A stretch of 64,000 nucleotides of DNA from Eledone cirrhosa. Its lineage: Eukaryota. The notes under the pieces are model-generated. The model did no database searches. It saw nothing but the letters and a program-made list of their open reading frames with translations, and was not told where the DNA came from. The stretch spans positions 349,556,001-349,620,000 of the forward strand of contig OZ024740.1 in NCBI GenBank assembly GCA_964016885.1, given 5' to 3'. Of the stretch, positions 47,600 to 60,100 are shown piece after piece (within the stretch, counting starts at the first letter, position 1; the number at the start of each line of letters is the position of its first letter). The position numbers were made by a program, and so were the translations under genes.

Positions 47600-48230
47600 G
47601 ACCCATGCCAAGGGATCTCTAGCAACTTGGCAGAATCCTCCCAACCACCATTCCTCAACCTTCCCCAACCAATATGGCACTGTTAGTAGCAGTCCTGCTG
47701 AAAAGTCTCCTCATTTGCTACTAACTTTCTTTCCAACAGTACACTGCATGCATTTAACAAAGCTCCCCCAAATTCTCCTACTCCCCACACCCAATCTCAA
47801 TATCACATACACATACAGTTTACCTTGCATGAAAACTTCTCCAATTGCTCAAACCCAGCAATATTATCAATTCCAACAGCATCCCTTCTATCACCCCCAA
47901 ATACTATGCTCTGGAGCTAAATCCTAGCATCACCAAATACTTTAATCTCTTTATCTCCCTTTCTTCATGGACCACCTCAATGAGTCACTGACACTATCCA
48001 GCCTCTCGCCTACAGAACTGCTGTCTCCCCATCTACCTCTTCTACTTTTACCACAGTGTCCATTAGCTCATCAGAAATTACTGGTCTCATGCCACCTCCA
48101 CTCAGACACTCATGACTCACTTGTCTTTCCTCCTCTCTTTACCCAAGTTGTGTTTAACCACCCTATGCTCCACACTAACCAATACGTCCAGTCCTTCCTC
48201 CCCAGAATGTCGAAATGAGACAAATGGTCA
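47600..48230 (-). pseudogene. Degenerate RTE-like endonuclease-region fragment
   Basis: Weak similarity to the APE region of the intact RTE. Confidence 0.45.
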
Positions 48231-48282
48231 TGAATGCCAAATCTTTTATTAGTAAAGAATGTACCTCCCAACACAAATTAAA

Positions 48283-49875
48283 CACTGTATGACATTAATT
48301 TTTTAGCAAACACTACTTTAGGTGATATTGGTTAATTTTAGGGTGACCTTATGAGTATGAAATCCATCACATCTACATTTTGATCTATAAGAAATCCCAC
48401 ATATACAATATTTACAGAAAAATTGTCTTATCTTGTGAACATTGCAATAATTTAATCATGTACTACAATTAATCACTCATAAAATAACAATTTACACTCA
48501 GAAAATAAAAACTTGCCACAAAAAAGTTACAGCATTGATTTCACTGTCAAAATCAATAGCATGAAGTTCAAGAAAAGTGAAGCCAGCAAAAGTTTAACAT
48601 CATGCAGGGACCGGCTCACTCTTGTAACCCTGTTTCAACAGTTAAGATCACTTGAGGAAATCTTTCACCATGCTCATCACTGATCTTGCTCAAGTTCAAA
48701 GGAAAGAAATCCAAGTGACTCTTTAAAAAGTGAATATTCAAGGACGTTTTGATACCCTATGCATTGAATGAATCCAGAAAGTCAGCTATGGATTTTTAGT
48801 TCGATTTTTTATTCTTTCCTAGAAAGTTTTCAACTGTCTTTAACACAGCATCATAAGCTTGTTGTTCAACTTCATTCAATGAATATCTAATTCTTCATCA
48901 ATTTGCTAGCATTTGATCCAACGAACATGCCTTCTTTAATTTTTACTTAATCGAGGAAAGATTTCTTTCAGCAACTTGATTGGCTGCCTCTCAGGATCCA
49001 GTGACTTCACAAATTTTTTAAGGTTCCAAGTTTAATATCTAGTGGCGGTAACACAATTAGCTCAGGTGAAACTAGTGGTATGTAATGAATGCTTTTATTC
49101 CCCGGCCTCCATTCATGGTGCCCTGGCCAATCCTGCTGACTGTAGAGCTTGTTTCAAGCCCAGCTGACCCTCTGGCACAAGAAGCCACAAAACCTCCTGA
49201 ATTCCAGTTAAAAAAAATAAAACAAAACCTATGATCTTCAAGTTACCTCCAACTTTCCACTTGAAATCATCATAACTGATCAAAGAAAGTAAGATCTTGA
49301 TAGATAGTGTTGTATGACTCTTTTGCCTTCTTTGAATAACCTACTGGAATCCCTGGGTACTCATTCCGAACATGCAAAAGAACTACCTTTAAGCTGGAAA
49401 CACTGCCATCAATGAATAACCACCAATATGTCTTGGCATCAGATGAAATTCCTAGCACCATCATCACACCAATAAATAATCTTGCAATTAACTAAACCCA
49501 GTTCATCATGTGTGTCAAAAAATTCAATACATTTCTTTTCTTAGAGCCTGCACATGGTTGTTTTGGTTCCTTGAGCTAAGACACTTAAATTCTCTGACCT
49601 AATATGTATAATACCTACTTTTACAGCTCTCTCATTAAAGGTTGTTACAAAAAAGAACAATCAAAAGTATTCTTAAAAGACAAATAGGAACATTTGATGT
49701 ACGGCATGTTACATTACATTTCTGTAAATTTGGTATATAGGAGGTATCTTGCAGATCAAAATCTAGATGTGATGGAGCAAATCTCACTTCATACTCCGAA
49801 AAAGTACTCTAAAATTAGTTAAAGTCATCCTAATTATTTGTTGCTTAAGAAACCTTTTCTTTTTGCCATGCAGTG
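48283..49875 (-). mobile_element. Degenerate Chapaev3-like (CMC superfamily) DNA transposon
   Basis: Ends cactgtatgaca / ttgccatgcagtg; transposase remnants WLFIDGSVSSLKVVLLH...PGIPVG and IHFLKSHLDFFP...SDEHGERF. Confidence 0.75.
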
Positions 49876-49929
49876 TTATCAGTGACATTAGTGTAAGGGC
49901 CAGACAGACTCAGAGAAAAAAACCAATCT

Positions 49930-50500
49930 AGAGATGGAAAACATGGAAAGTGAGGAAACCATCAGGTGGCAACAAAATCAGGGAAATCTTATTCGATACC
50001 TACAACAAAAGGAAGAGATGTGAACCTATAAAATAGAGGAAAATTGGAAATTTCTACATAACAATCTTCTGAAGGCCACAGACCAGGTTTGTGGCTGGTC
50101 AAAGATTCTAACATGAGTGACATGAAGGTGGGTGATAGGGTAGATAGGGCCCCCAAAAAAAACTCTGGAAAAAATATGGAAACAGAAAGCAATACTGTAT
50201 GGCTAGAAGAGAGTACCAGATATACTTAGCAAGGGGAAAAGCAGAAAAAAAATGTGCATATGTTGTGATGTGAGGATCTGATGCATGAAATGTTCCAGAT
50301 TGCAAGACAGTGTACCAGAGAATGTAGGGACATTACTGGAGAAAAGTGTATGTGAAATGATGATAGAGTACTTGCTTTGACCATCACCGAAAACAAAGAT
50401 ACCTGAATGGCCTATTATGAGACTAATGATCGAAGAGAATAAACGGGCGTGTGAGGGCCTATTCCATGTAGACCCAACATAGAGACTAGCCAAATCAACA
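49930..50500 (+). pseudogene. Degenerate RTE fragment (EN-RT linker)
   Basis: LLKATDQVCGWS-like and EVYLAR-like remnants. Confidence 0.6.
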
Positions 50501-51227
50501 GCAGTGCAATAGACAAAGCAATTAAGGATATTTACATACGCACACATACAAACACAGATTTTATATATGTGTGTGATCAACATTTAACATGTTTTCCTCT
50601 CTAGCAAGGGTTGGACTATATATACACACACACACACACACAGATATATATATATATAAGCGTGTGTGTGTGTGGGGGGGGGTCAATATAAAGAAAGCTT
50701 GCACAGGTCAACATAGGTGATAGCAAAGGTCAACTATTAACACCAATGATCTTTGATTATTATAGAAATGAAAGAGAGAAGAAAAAAAGGGAAGGTACAG
50801 CAATAGAAATTGTAGTGTACATTGTTACTATATAGACCACCACAATGCTAAGATAAATATTGATTTCACTCTTCAGCATCGGCATAAGGCCAATTGCTTG
50901 CAGGAAAGCAATATTTTCAAGACAATAGACTCCAATATATTACAGTCAGGCATGTGCAAAGCTGGTAACATGTAAGACTTAAAAGCTGGTCAAATACGAA
51001 ATGTAGCCTCCATTTTACCCCTTCAGCATTCAAACCGGCCAGAATTCTTTCACCTCTTTCTGTTTAAAACGCTATAACCGGCTGCTCATACTTATGTTAA
51101 GGTATTGTTCTCAAAATAAAAAATATCAAAATCTCATAGATTCAATATTATGTGAGACAAAGTGTTTACTGTGAAAATATAATAGTAAATATAGAGTAAA
51201 ATAAATGCTAAAGAGTTAAACTGCTCA

Positions 51228-51410
51228 TTAACCCATTTGATACTAAACCACCTGAAACTGGACCTGGTTCTACAATAGAGCACTGACTGTTTTAATAATG
51301 AGAAAATTATTATTTGTTATTTTATTAAATCCCTCCAAATTCTTTGATAAATTCAAAATTAAAAAAAAATTTAGTGTCTTTCATTGAAAATGTGGTAACA
51401 AAATGGTTAA
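51228..51410. mobile_element. Second piggyBac-like MITE family (ttaaccc(a/t)tttgatac); other copies about 35146-35392, 39283, 46980-47240, 53400-53657
   Basis: TTAA-flanked short TIRs and shared internal sequence. Confidence 0.55.
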
Positions 51411-52669
51411 GAATTTTAGTAATCAATGCTAAATATATATGATTTTTGTATGGGCTATAGGTACATGTATGTACATGATGTACTTACAAGTAACAGCAAG
51501 TACCCCCATTCCCACTTTCAAAGTCATGGGTCAATGCCAACTGGCCCACCTGCCCTCATCAACACTCCATTCCCCTATAATCTGGCATGATTAACAGCTA
51601 CTTATTTTTCTACAGAAGCCAGAAAGAAAGAAAATGCAATGCTAAATCTGACTCCATTTCAGTTCATCCCAGTATTTCTATCACAGCTGACAAACTTATT
51701 CACTTTGAGGCAATGTGGAATATGCTACGTAATTATTTGGCCTACTAGGAATAACAGCCAAATCACCCTAAAACCACATACAACCTTCTTAAAAAGGGAA
51801 AGAATGACACATTTGCTGATGTCATCTTAGATACTTAGTTTGAAAATATTTTTGACCACAGGTCTTCTTAATTGCACTATCCTGGGGCTAAGAAAAAGAA
51901 CAATTTACTCAAATTTTTATTGCCCAACTGTTAGTATCAGTAGTTCATATGCTCTCATTAGGCTTCAAAGTAATTAATCCTGAATGGCCCATGCCACCTA
52001 ACTGTTACTATCACACTGTAAAAGAGGTTCACAGTTGTTAGCATGTGCAACAGCAGCAATTAAGAGGTCCTTTTAGTTTCATTATAAAGTTAGGTTCAAC
52101 ATTTTCCAATGAGAGAAGAGTTGTTGGATCCCACTAGTTTTGTTGTTCTGCCTAATTTGGCCATATGCCAAGAACTCAATCCCGGAGTAGCCTAGTAGCA
52201 TTTTCAGGGGTCCTACACTAAGCACTTTATACTATAGTACTATACTTCATTTAACTTTTATGTGACATTTAAAAACAAATTATAACATATTACAAGCCCC
52301 ACATTAACTGAATTTGGTACTACATGGTCTTGAACCATCATATATAATAATTACAAAACTTTTTAAGTATTCTGTTTGAGTCTCTCTACTATCACTTTTA
52401 GTAAATTAAGTATATCATTTATGGAAAGTGTACAGATGATTAAACCAATACCAGAAATGTCCTATTACTTATTTTGATGACATTTGTAACAAATATAAAC
52501 CACTTGTAGGGCTTTTAAAAACTGACTGTTTAGCTCTGGTCTTTATGGTAATAAGTAGGTGAGTGAAAACTTTCCCTGGGTTGGACACCAGACTATTGCA
52601 GGTAAAATTTATAGGTGATCTGGTATCTGTTCTGGACAAGTAAGTGAACTGAGGCAATGTACTATATAT

Positions 52670-52855
52670 AATTGTTTCTACTTTTGGCACAAGGCCAGCA
52701 ATTACCCCAGTACATTACTGGTACTTTATTTTATCGACCCCGTAAGGATGAAAGGCAAAGCTAACCTCAGCGGGATTTGAACTCAGATCGTAAAGGGCCG
52801 TAACTCTATGCTGCAAAGCATGGCGTCCGACCCTCTACCGATACTGCCAATCCAA
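52670..52855 (-). mobile_element. Meta-type SINE (further copies about 27750, 32258, 33437, 33612, 37792, 41460, 45607, 57855)
   Basis: Full tRNA head plus central domain. Confidence 0.82.
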
Positions 52856-53670
52856 CACTTAATGTGCTCTACATTTTAGTGTACATTACAAAAAATAGTG
52901 AAATGGGCTGCAGTAGATTTGAACTCACGACCTTTGAGAAGGTAATGTAATCCTTTACACATCCATGCGCCTTGTCCATCTCTAATACATCATACATACA
53001 GCACTGTTGTTGGCATAATAAAATGCACACATCAATCATGTAACATGGTTAGTGAAGTGATAGGAAGAGTGTCCAGCCAAAAAAGTATGCCAAATAGTAT
53101 GACATACACAACAAGAAAGATTGATGGTTTTCTTTGTTGTAGGGTGTGCTAGATGGCAGAGGACCATAACATGTGAGAAAATGATTTGTAGCCAGTCCAG
53201 CACATGCTATCTTGAATAAACATGCAAAATGATGATGATGCTGATTATTGACCTTCTCAAAGACACAATAAACATAGTCTGTTACTTTCATTATACTAAC
53301 CAAGATAACAAAGAAAAATGAAGCCTGCAAAGAAACTTTAAAAAACAAATAAATAATAAAAACCTAAAAACAAAAGAGACAAAGAAAAATGAGATTTGTT
53401 TACACCTTTTGATACCAATCTATCTAAAACTTGCCCTGGTTTTACAATTACTAACCTATTTATTTAAGAGGGCTTTTTAAAAGCCTTCCTTTATAATGTC
53501 ATGTAAAAACTTTTGTCTCAAGTTACGTTCCAAACACCAGTTTAATAATGAGAAAGTTGGTTATAATCCTAAATACTTGCACTTTCTCGATTATTTTCAA
53601 AATTGTTTGAAAACAATAACCTGTCTTTCATTTGGAATATGATAATGAAAGGGTTAAAAGAAAAACTTAC

Positions 53671-53880
53671 TTTTATGTTTTGTGATTATTTCCAGGTAAA
53701 CTTCTCCATTGTTCCGAAAGCGATTACTGAGAAAGACAACATGAATTTCACTACCGTTGATGGTCTCATTGCTGAAACAACCATGACCATTCTCAGACAC
53801 TTCTGTGAAGGCTTTAATGAATGGTGAATCTTTGAAGACTGGTTTGATGTTGCAGGCATGATAATTTGATGGCAGGTTGT
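53671..53880 (-). CDS. TGFBR3: TGFBR3-like exon, orphan domain start (NLPSNYHACNIKPVFKDSPFIKAFTEVSENGHGCFSNETINGSEIHVVFLSNRF...)
   Basis: taatcag acceptor, gtaagt donor, phase 1/1; C...GC...EIHV pattern as in betaglycan N-terminus. Confidence 0.85.
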
Positions 53881-54644
53881 CTGATTAAAGAAAAAGAGAA
53901 AGAGAGAATTAAAGCAAGAAATAGAAATAGAAAAAAAGAAAAGTAATTTAATTATAATTACTTTCATCTAAAACATGTAATTATAGGCAAATAATAAGTG
54001 TGTATTGAGAAATGTGAAGCTGAGACTGAAAATCTGAAAGCTATGTAGTTGTTATGGTGGTTAGGGCTCACACATTTTTTTGTGTGTTTTGTTTTTCTAT
54101 AGGTTTATCCAGTCTCCTATGAGGTTGCACTGCTTAGGAAGTTTCTTGGTTATTTTAATGAGAGCGCCATTTTTGTGTGATGTTAACTTTCAAGAAAGTG
54201 AAGCAAGACAGTTGACTAGGAAGGAAAGAAATCAGCTGCTGTTTGCAGAAGAGATGACAGTACAGACTCAACTGACCATATGATTTTCACCAGTCCACAG
54301 TGGTCACTTCTATCTGCTAAATTCCATAACATTTTTCAAAAGTTCCCAAAACATACGCAGCCAATTTGCTGACCAGCTTTTCATCATAGCTATATCAAAA
54401 TAAAACTAAATTATACCTAAATGAAGCTCACAACTAAATTCTGAGTGGGTATTGACAGCTATAGACATTGAATGTTAAAAGCTACAAAACACAAAGTTTG
54501 TTTTGTCAGAACTAGAGACAGAGCTATAACATTGCAAAGAGGGAGGAAGAGCCCTTCAACACCTAAAACACTCACATGTGGAGTGCACTGTGCAGGCTTC
54601 CTCGATTGCAGTAAAAGGGCTCTTGCGTGCAATAAAAGAAATCA

Positions 54645-55330
54645 TTATTCTGAGTTCAAATCCCACCGAGGATAACTTTGCCTTTCATCCTTACGGGGTC
54701 GATAAAATGAAGTACCAGTAATACACAGGGTTATTGCTGGCCTTGTGCCAAAAGTAGAAACAATTATTATTGGGCGGTGAATTGGCAGTATCGGTAGAGG
54801 GTTGTACGCCATGTTTTACGTAGAGTTACGGCCCTTGTCATTCTGAGTTCAAATCTCGTTGAGGTTAACTTTGCCTTTCATCCTTACGGGGTCGATAAAA
54901 TAAAGTACCAGAAATACGCTGGGATAATTGCTGGCCTTGTGCCCAAAGTAGAAACAATTATTATAGGGCGGCGATTTGGCAGTATCGGTAGAGGGCTGGA
55001 CGCCATGCTTCCTAGCATAGTTACGTCCTATTACGGTCTGTATTGCCTTTCATCCTTACGGGTTCGACAAAATAAAGTACCAAAAGTAGAAACAATTATT
55101 ATTAGTATTATTAAGGGCGGTAGATTGGCAGTATCGGTGGAGCGTCAGATAACATGCTTTACAGCATAGAGTTACTGCCCTTTAACGTAGGAGTACAAAT
55201 CCCGCCAAGGTTAGCTTTGCCTTTCATCTTTTCAGGATCGATAAATAAAGCATCAGTAATGCACTGGGGTCAATTTAATCGACTTTCCCCTCCCCCAAAA
55301 TTGCTGGTATTGTGCCTATAGTAGAAATCC
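54645..55330 (+). mobile_element. Head-to-tail cluster of four Meta-type SINEs
   Basis: Four successive gcctttcatc...gataaa/gacaaa units separated by (ATT)n tails. Confidence 0.82.
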
Positions 55331-55629
55331 TAATTATTATTATTGAGTTGTCAGAATCGTTAGTGCTTTGGAGCAGGCATTTTGTTATGGTCTTTTGAGT
55401 TCTGAGATCAAATCTGACCAAGGTCAATTTTACCTACCATTATTCTGGGGATGTGGAGGTGACAAAATAAAGTACCGACTTTCCCTGCTCCGCATTTTTT
55501 TTTCTTTGTACCAAGTTAAATATTGAGGTTTATTTAACTGACTGACCCTTCACTTGTTAGAAACAAACATTATTATTGTTGCTGTCACCCAAAACTGACT
55601 GTTTGGGAACTGGCTGTATCACTCTACAT

Positions 55630-55932
55630 CAGGGGGCGTGCAACAGGCGGCCCGCCAGACCAGTCAGAGTGGCCCGCGATGAACGTTTTTAATTTTTACC
55701 TTGTAGGCTTAATTAGAATTTTTTTTTCGTAACCGTAATACCATTTTCTGTCAGTTGATCTATACTAAAGGGCTTCACTGATAGGGTTATGTATGTTATA
55801 ATTTCCCAGTTTCATGTTATGGAAAGAAGTTGTGGTGAATCTTTGGAATAGTGTTTAATAGATATTAATGGCCCTAATAGTTGTTCCAATGTTCAAAAGT
55901 GGCCCGCCAATGGAATATGTTGCACACCCCTA
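55630..55932. mobile_element. hAT (Charlie-like) MITE with 8-bp TSD ctctacat
   Basis: TIR cagggggcgtgcaac / gttgcacacccta-like; ctctacat at 55622-55629 and 55933-55940; internal ggcccgc motifs. Confidence 0.88.
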
Positions 55933-57024
55933 CTCTACATGGTTACATTTATTTACACACCGCTCCCGCTCAAGCGCTCTACCGATTCAAGTATCCATTT
56001 TCTAGTTATAATAATGGTTTCTTTATTAGCCACACGGGGCTCACATTAATAAAAACATTAAAGACAAAACAGGACGGTTGTACCAAAGAGGGATGTGACT
56101 GTTGAATGGTTGTAGAGGCATGTTGTGTCAGCGTGTATACAACTAGAGTTTGTTAGAGCTGGTGTGTACGCGTGAGTGCAAAGATAATATAGGACGTGTC
56201 CAAGAGATGTAAGAGGTGTAGATATTAGAAAGGGTGATAGTGAATAGAGAGGGGTGGGTGAAGGAGGGAATGACAAGATGGTACATGTAAGGAAGTTAAT
56301 GCTTTAAGGCAGGGAGACACTAGTGAGAGGTGTGAGGAGAGTGTGTGTACATGTGTGTTTATGTATGTTCACATGCTATGAGATATATACAAGATTTACG
56401 GGAGCGTGTGTGTGTGTGTGAGAGAGAGAGAGATGGAAAGAATCGGATGAAAGCAGTCATACAGAAGGAGATAGGTAGGTGAGAGAGAGAGATAGTTGTA
56501 GTTGGATTGTGTGTCTGTGTGTGTAAGTTGGTTTTTGCTATTGTGTGAGAGAGAAAATTTTAAAGAAAGTTAATGATAAATATAAAACACACAAAAAATA
56601 AATGGGGGAATGAAGAGGTGAAAAAGTATAGAGAAGAAACCAAACGAGTTTTCTAACCCCAATGTTGCCTCTACTCTTCACTCTTTGACCCACACATATA
56701 TCTTCCTATCTTTTCTTCTCTCTATTCTTATTTCTCTATGTTAGTGTAACATCTATAGCTAGATAGATTGATAAAGCTCACTTCATACATCCATCTGTAC
56801 ATGTTCATCGATTTATCTCTTCTATCTATCTAACTCATACATCACTTTGCCTCTCTACACACATAACAAGCTATCTATATATCTATTGATCGGTACATCC
56901 AGCAATCCAGCAATCTATTAATAATATCTGTGCCATCCTCCTAATTAATCTCTATGTATTTATTATCTTTCGGTCCACCACCAAACAGCCTATCCCATCA
57001 ATCTACATTTCCCTTCCTACTTAC

Positions 57025-57175
57025 CTATTTCTCTAGCCGTCCCGTCCAAAGCAAAACAAGTGCATCAATCCGGAAGTAGGTCATATTCAGTGAGTACGTG
57101 CTTCAACGTGAGAGCGCGCGCAAGTTGTGTGTGAGGATGTGAGGTGGGCGGGAGCTTGATCTACGCGCACTGCAG
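57025..57175 (-). promoter_or_regulatory. Putative promoter / non-coding first exon of the TGFBR3-like gene
   Basis: Local CpG enrichment (gagcgcgcgc), GC box gtgggcggga about 57144-57153, ETS-type ccggaagt 57070-57077, consensus donor AG|gtaagt at 57025/57024 on the gene strand; only a short uORF. Confidence 0.4.
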
Positions 57176-60100
57176 TAGTACACAAAGTTTCTTTCTATGG
57201 GTTGTGGTAGTTTCAAGTCTTATGGGAAATTGCGAATATATATAAATCAGGATTATACCAGTTTTAAACTTGTAAGAACATTATTCAGCAAAGTACTCGA
57301 TACTTGGGATAGTAATGTGTGTGTGTGTGAGAGAGAGAGGGGAAGAGAGAGAGAGGGGAAGAAAGAGAGAGGAAGAAAGAGAAAGTAAGTTTATTACGAT
57401 TACTTGGAAATCAAGAAGAGAACAATATACTTTCATTACTGTATACTTCTGTTCGTTAATGCTTTTACTACTGAATACTTTCGATCTGTGTAGTACGCTA
57501 AAAGCAAATTCGGAAACTATTTTCATCACCCCCTCCAATTCTATGTTGATAATGAATAATACTAATTAGGATAACATCATAAACGTAATAGAGTTATTTC
57601 TATAATTACGAATTGAGAAAAATTATTATTACTATTCGGAGAGACCGTGACTTTTGTGAGCTTTCTACATGAGTAACCCCTATTGGGGATTTTTCCTTTG
57701 TTTCCATTTTTTTTGTTACATCTTTTGCTTGTTTTTTTTTCTTTTGATTTTACACGCAGAAACCCATATATATATACCGGCCTATGCTGTCCTTAATGAT
57801 TTTTGTAAATTATTTGTTGTTAATAAAGAAATCAGTATTATTATTAATATTTATGGCGGTAGATTTTCCAGAATTGCCAAGATCAATTCTGCTATTCCTC
57901 CTGGGTTCGATGAAATAAAGTACGGGAATAGTACTGGGATTGATATAATCGACTTTTCCATCCCCACAAATTGCTGACCTTGGGCCAAAATTAGAATTAA
58001 TTATTATAGATGTCCTTTACATAATTACGCTTCCTATTGGATTTGGACTTGAAAAGAAGCATTCTTGTTCTTTATCCAGTTAAGCCCCCCCCCCCCCCCT
58101 CACAGTGTTCACAACTCTTCATTTTGTGTTAAGGACTGTCCAGATTCTTGCTGATCTAATTAATCAATTTTTTGGGGGACAGCATCCATTCCTAGATTAG
58201 AGTCTAGCGTTCCAAGTCTTACTTTTAAATTCTTCGTCAGTTCTCAAGGCTCCAATGACAATTGGTAAGATCATGACCTTGCCAAATTTTTTTTCTTTTT
58301 CCTTTTTTTTTTTATGGCACTTGAGGATTTCATATTTCAAGAGTTCTACGTTTTCTTTTTCTTTTCTTTACTTTGGTATCAAATGAACACACTACGTCAA
58401 TTAGATTTTCGACTTATCAGCAACTAGAATATTCTGGTTGTTGTTGTTATTAACCATAAGTATCATCATCATCACCATCATCACCACCACTACTACCGTC
58501 ATCATCATCATCATCATTATTATTATTTTTTTTTTTTTTTTTTTTTTTATTTCAACAACATAATCGTAATCTACACCTTTAAAAATGTAACGCTGCAAAA
58601 TTTTATTAAAAACATTTATTATTAAGAAAATTATAAAGAAACAGAGTTGGCTAGTGGTGACACTAAAATCTGCTCAGCTGATTTGATTTCGACTTTGTGT
58701 TATATGTATAATATGTAAGTATAAAGAAATCTGTGCGTGTACATACGAAATTATCTCAAGTGCAATTTGATTTGGTAAACGGAAACGATTCCAAAATTCA
58801 CCGTGTGTCTATTGTATCGAATAAGAGAGATGCTACTATACACATACACACTGTAGGTTGAAGTATGTGTTTATGTATGATACTAGTATATGTGTGTACA
58901 TGGTCGAGTGGTTAAAAAGTTAGCCCAAATTTAAAAGAAGCAGCAAGACATTTTATTTCAAGTTGCTCCGGCCAGGAGCTGCGACTAGTAGATAGTATTA
59001 GCAATGGAAAGACCAATAGAAACATCGTTTCCCATTTGAGGAGCTCCACTCCATTCGATAAGCGAGTGTGAAAGGAAGATACATCAACGTTTCGGACAAT
59101 TTTTCTTTTGTCGTGATAGATAGAAGATGAAAAAAGAAGTGTAAATATATAGAACACACGTTTGTTTATGGAAGCAATTATGCTAAAAAAAGTAGTAGTG
59201 TGTATATGTGTGGAGAAAGCCTGGTACCGACTGGGGCGTTAATGATGGGCAATATTGACGTAATAGGGTGCAAATCAAAACAGTAAGGGAAAATTAGGGG
59301 AGGCGTTTACGAAGAATTATTATGTATGAGGTGTGATGTGGATAAATGGAAATGGTGGTGGGTGTAAAGTGCGTGTTGGAGTTTTGGGGGAAAACTAGTC
59401 AATGAGAAGTGTTTCCAGGCGGAAAATTAGCTGTTGTTCTTCACATAAGATTTCTATAGAAAGTAATTAGCACTATCAACAATTCTAATAATGGTCATAT
59501 CACATGTCACAATAAAAAGAAAAGTAATACGCTCGCATACTCACAAAAACTCCTCCCCAATATGTCTCCAAAATCCACGCACAGAAAGAGAAAGAAGAAA
59601 ACCCAAGATACCCACCTTCTCTCTATACTATTTCTTTGTGTCCTTTTCATGAGGCAACAGGAAAACCCCAAACGCAAAAGGCTCGGACGTCAACAAAATC
59701 ACGATCGTACACTTAAGTTCTGAAGGAATAATTGCACTAAACAACTCATACTAGCAGTCTCTAATTGGTCACACGGTCTGCTAGAAATAGCAGTCAAATC
59801 TCCTTCAACTCACAACCTAATGCTTTCAAAGTGAAAAGGACACTCAGAATAATGTATTCCTATATAATCTTAAATAGAATAGTCACAACTGGAATACCTA
59901 TGATCATAGGTCTACTCGATTAAAATTTACCTGGGGCTGGACAACACAAAAACAACAGCTTCTACGCATGCCAACCGGGGACGGTGGAAGCATTTCTGAA
60001 TAGGGGAAGGAGAAATTTGGTCAATTTAGTTGTAGTGATTAGTTTAGCTGTTATTATCAAATATCAACCAAGATATAAAAAAAAACTTCGATATGCGATA

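Noticed and set aside
54576-54645. ATG-initiated phase-1 exon with gtgagt donor (MISFIARKSPF...)
   Set aside because: Not hydrophobic, and it starts in a repeat-tail motif; unsupported as a first coding exon.
58960-59030. MFLLVFPLLILST as the signal-peptide exon
   Set aside because: Only a poor donor (gtcgca), and it overlaps a degenerate SINE.
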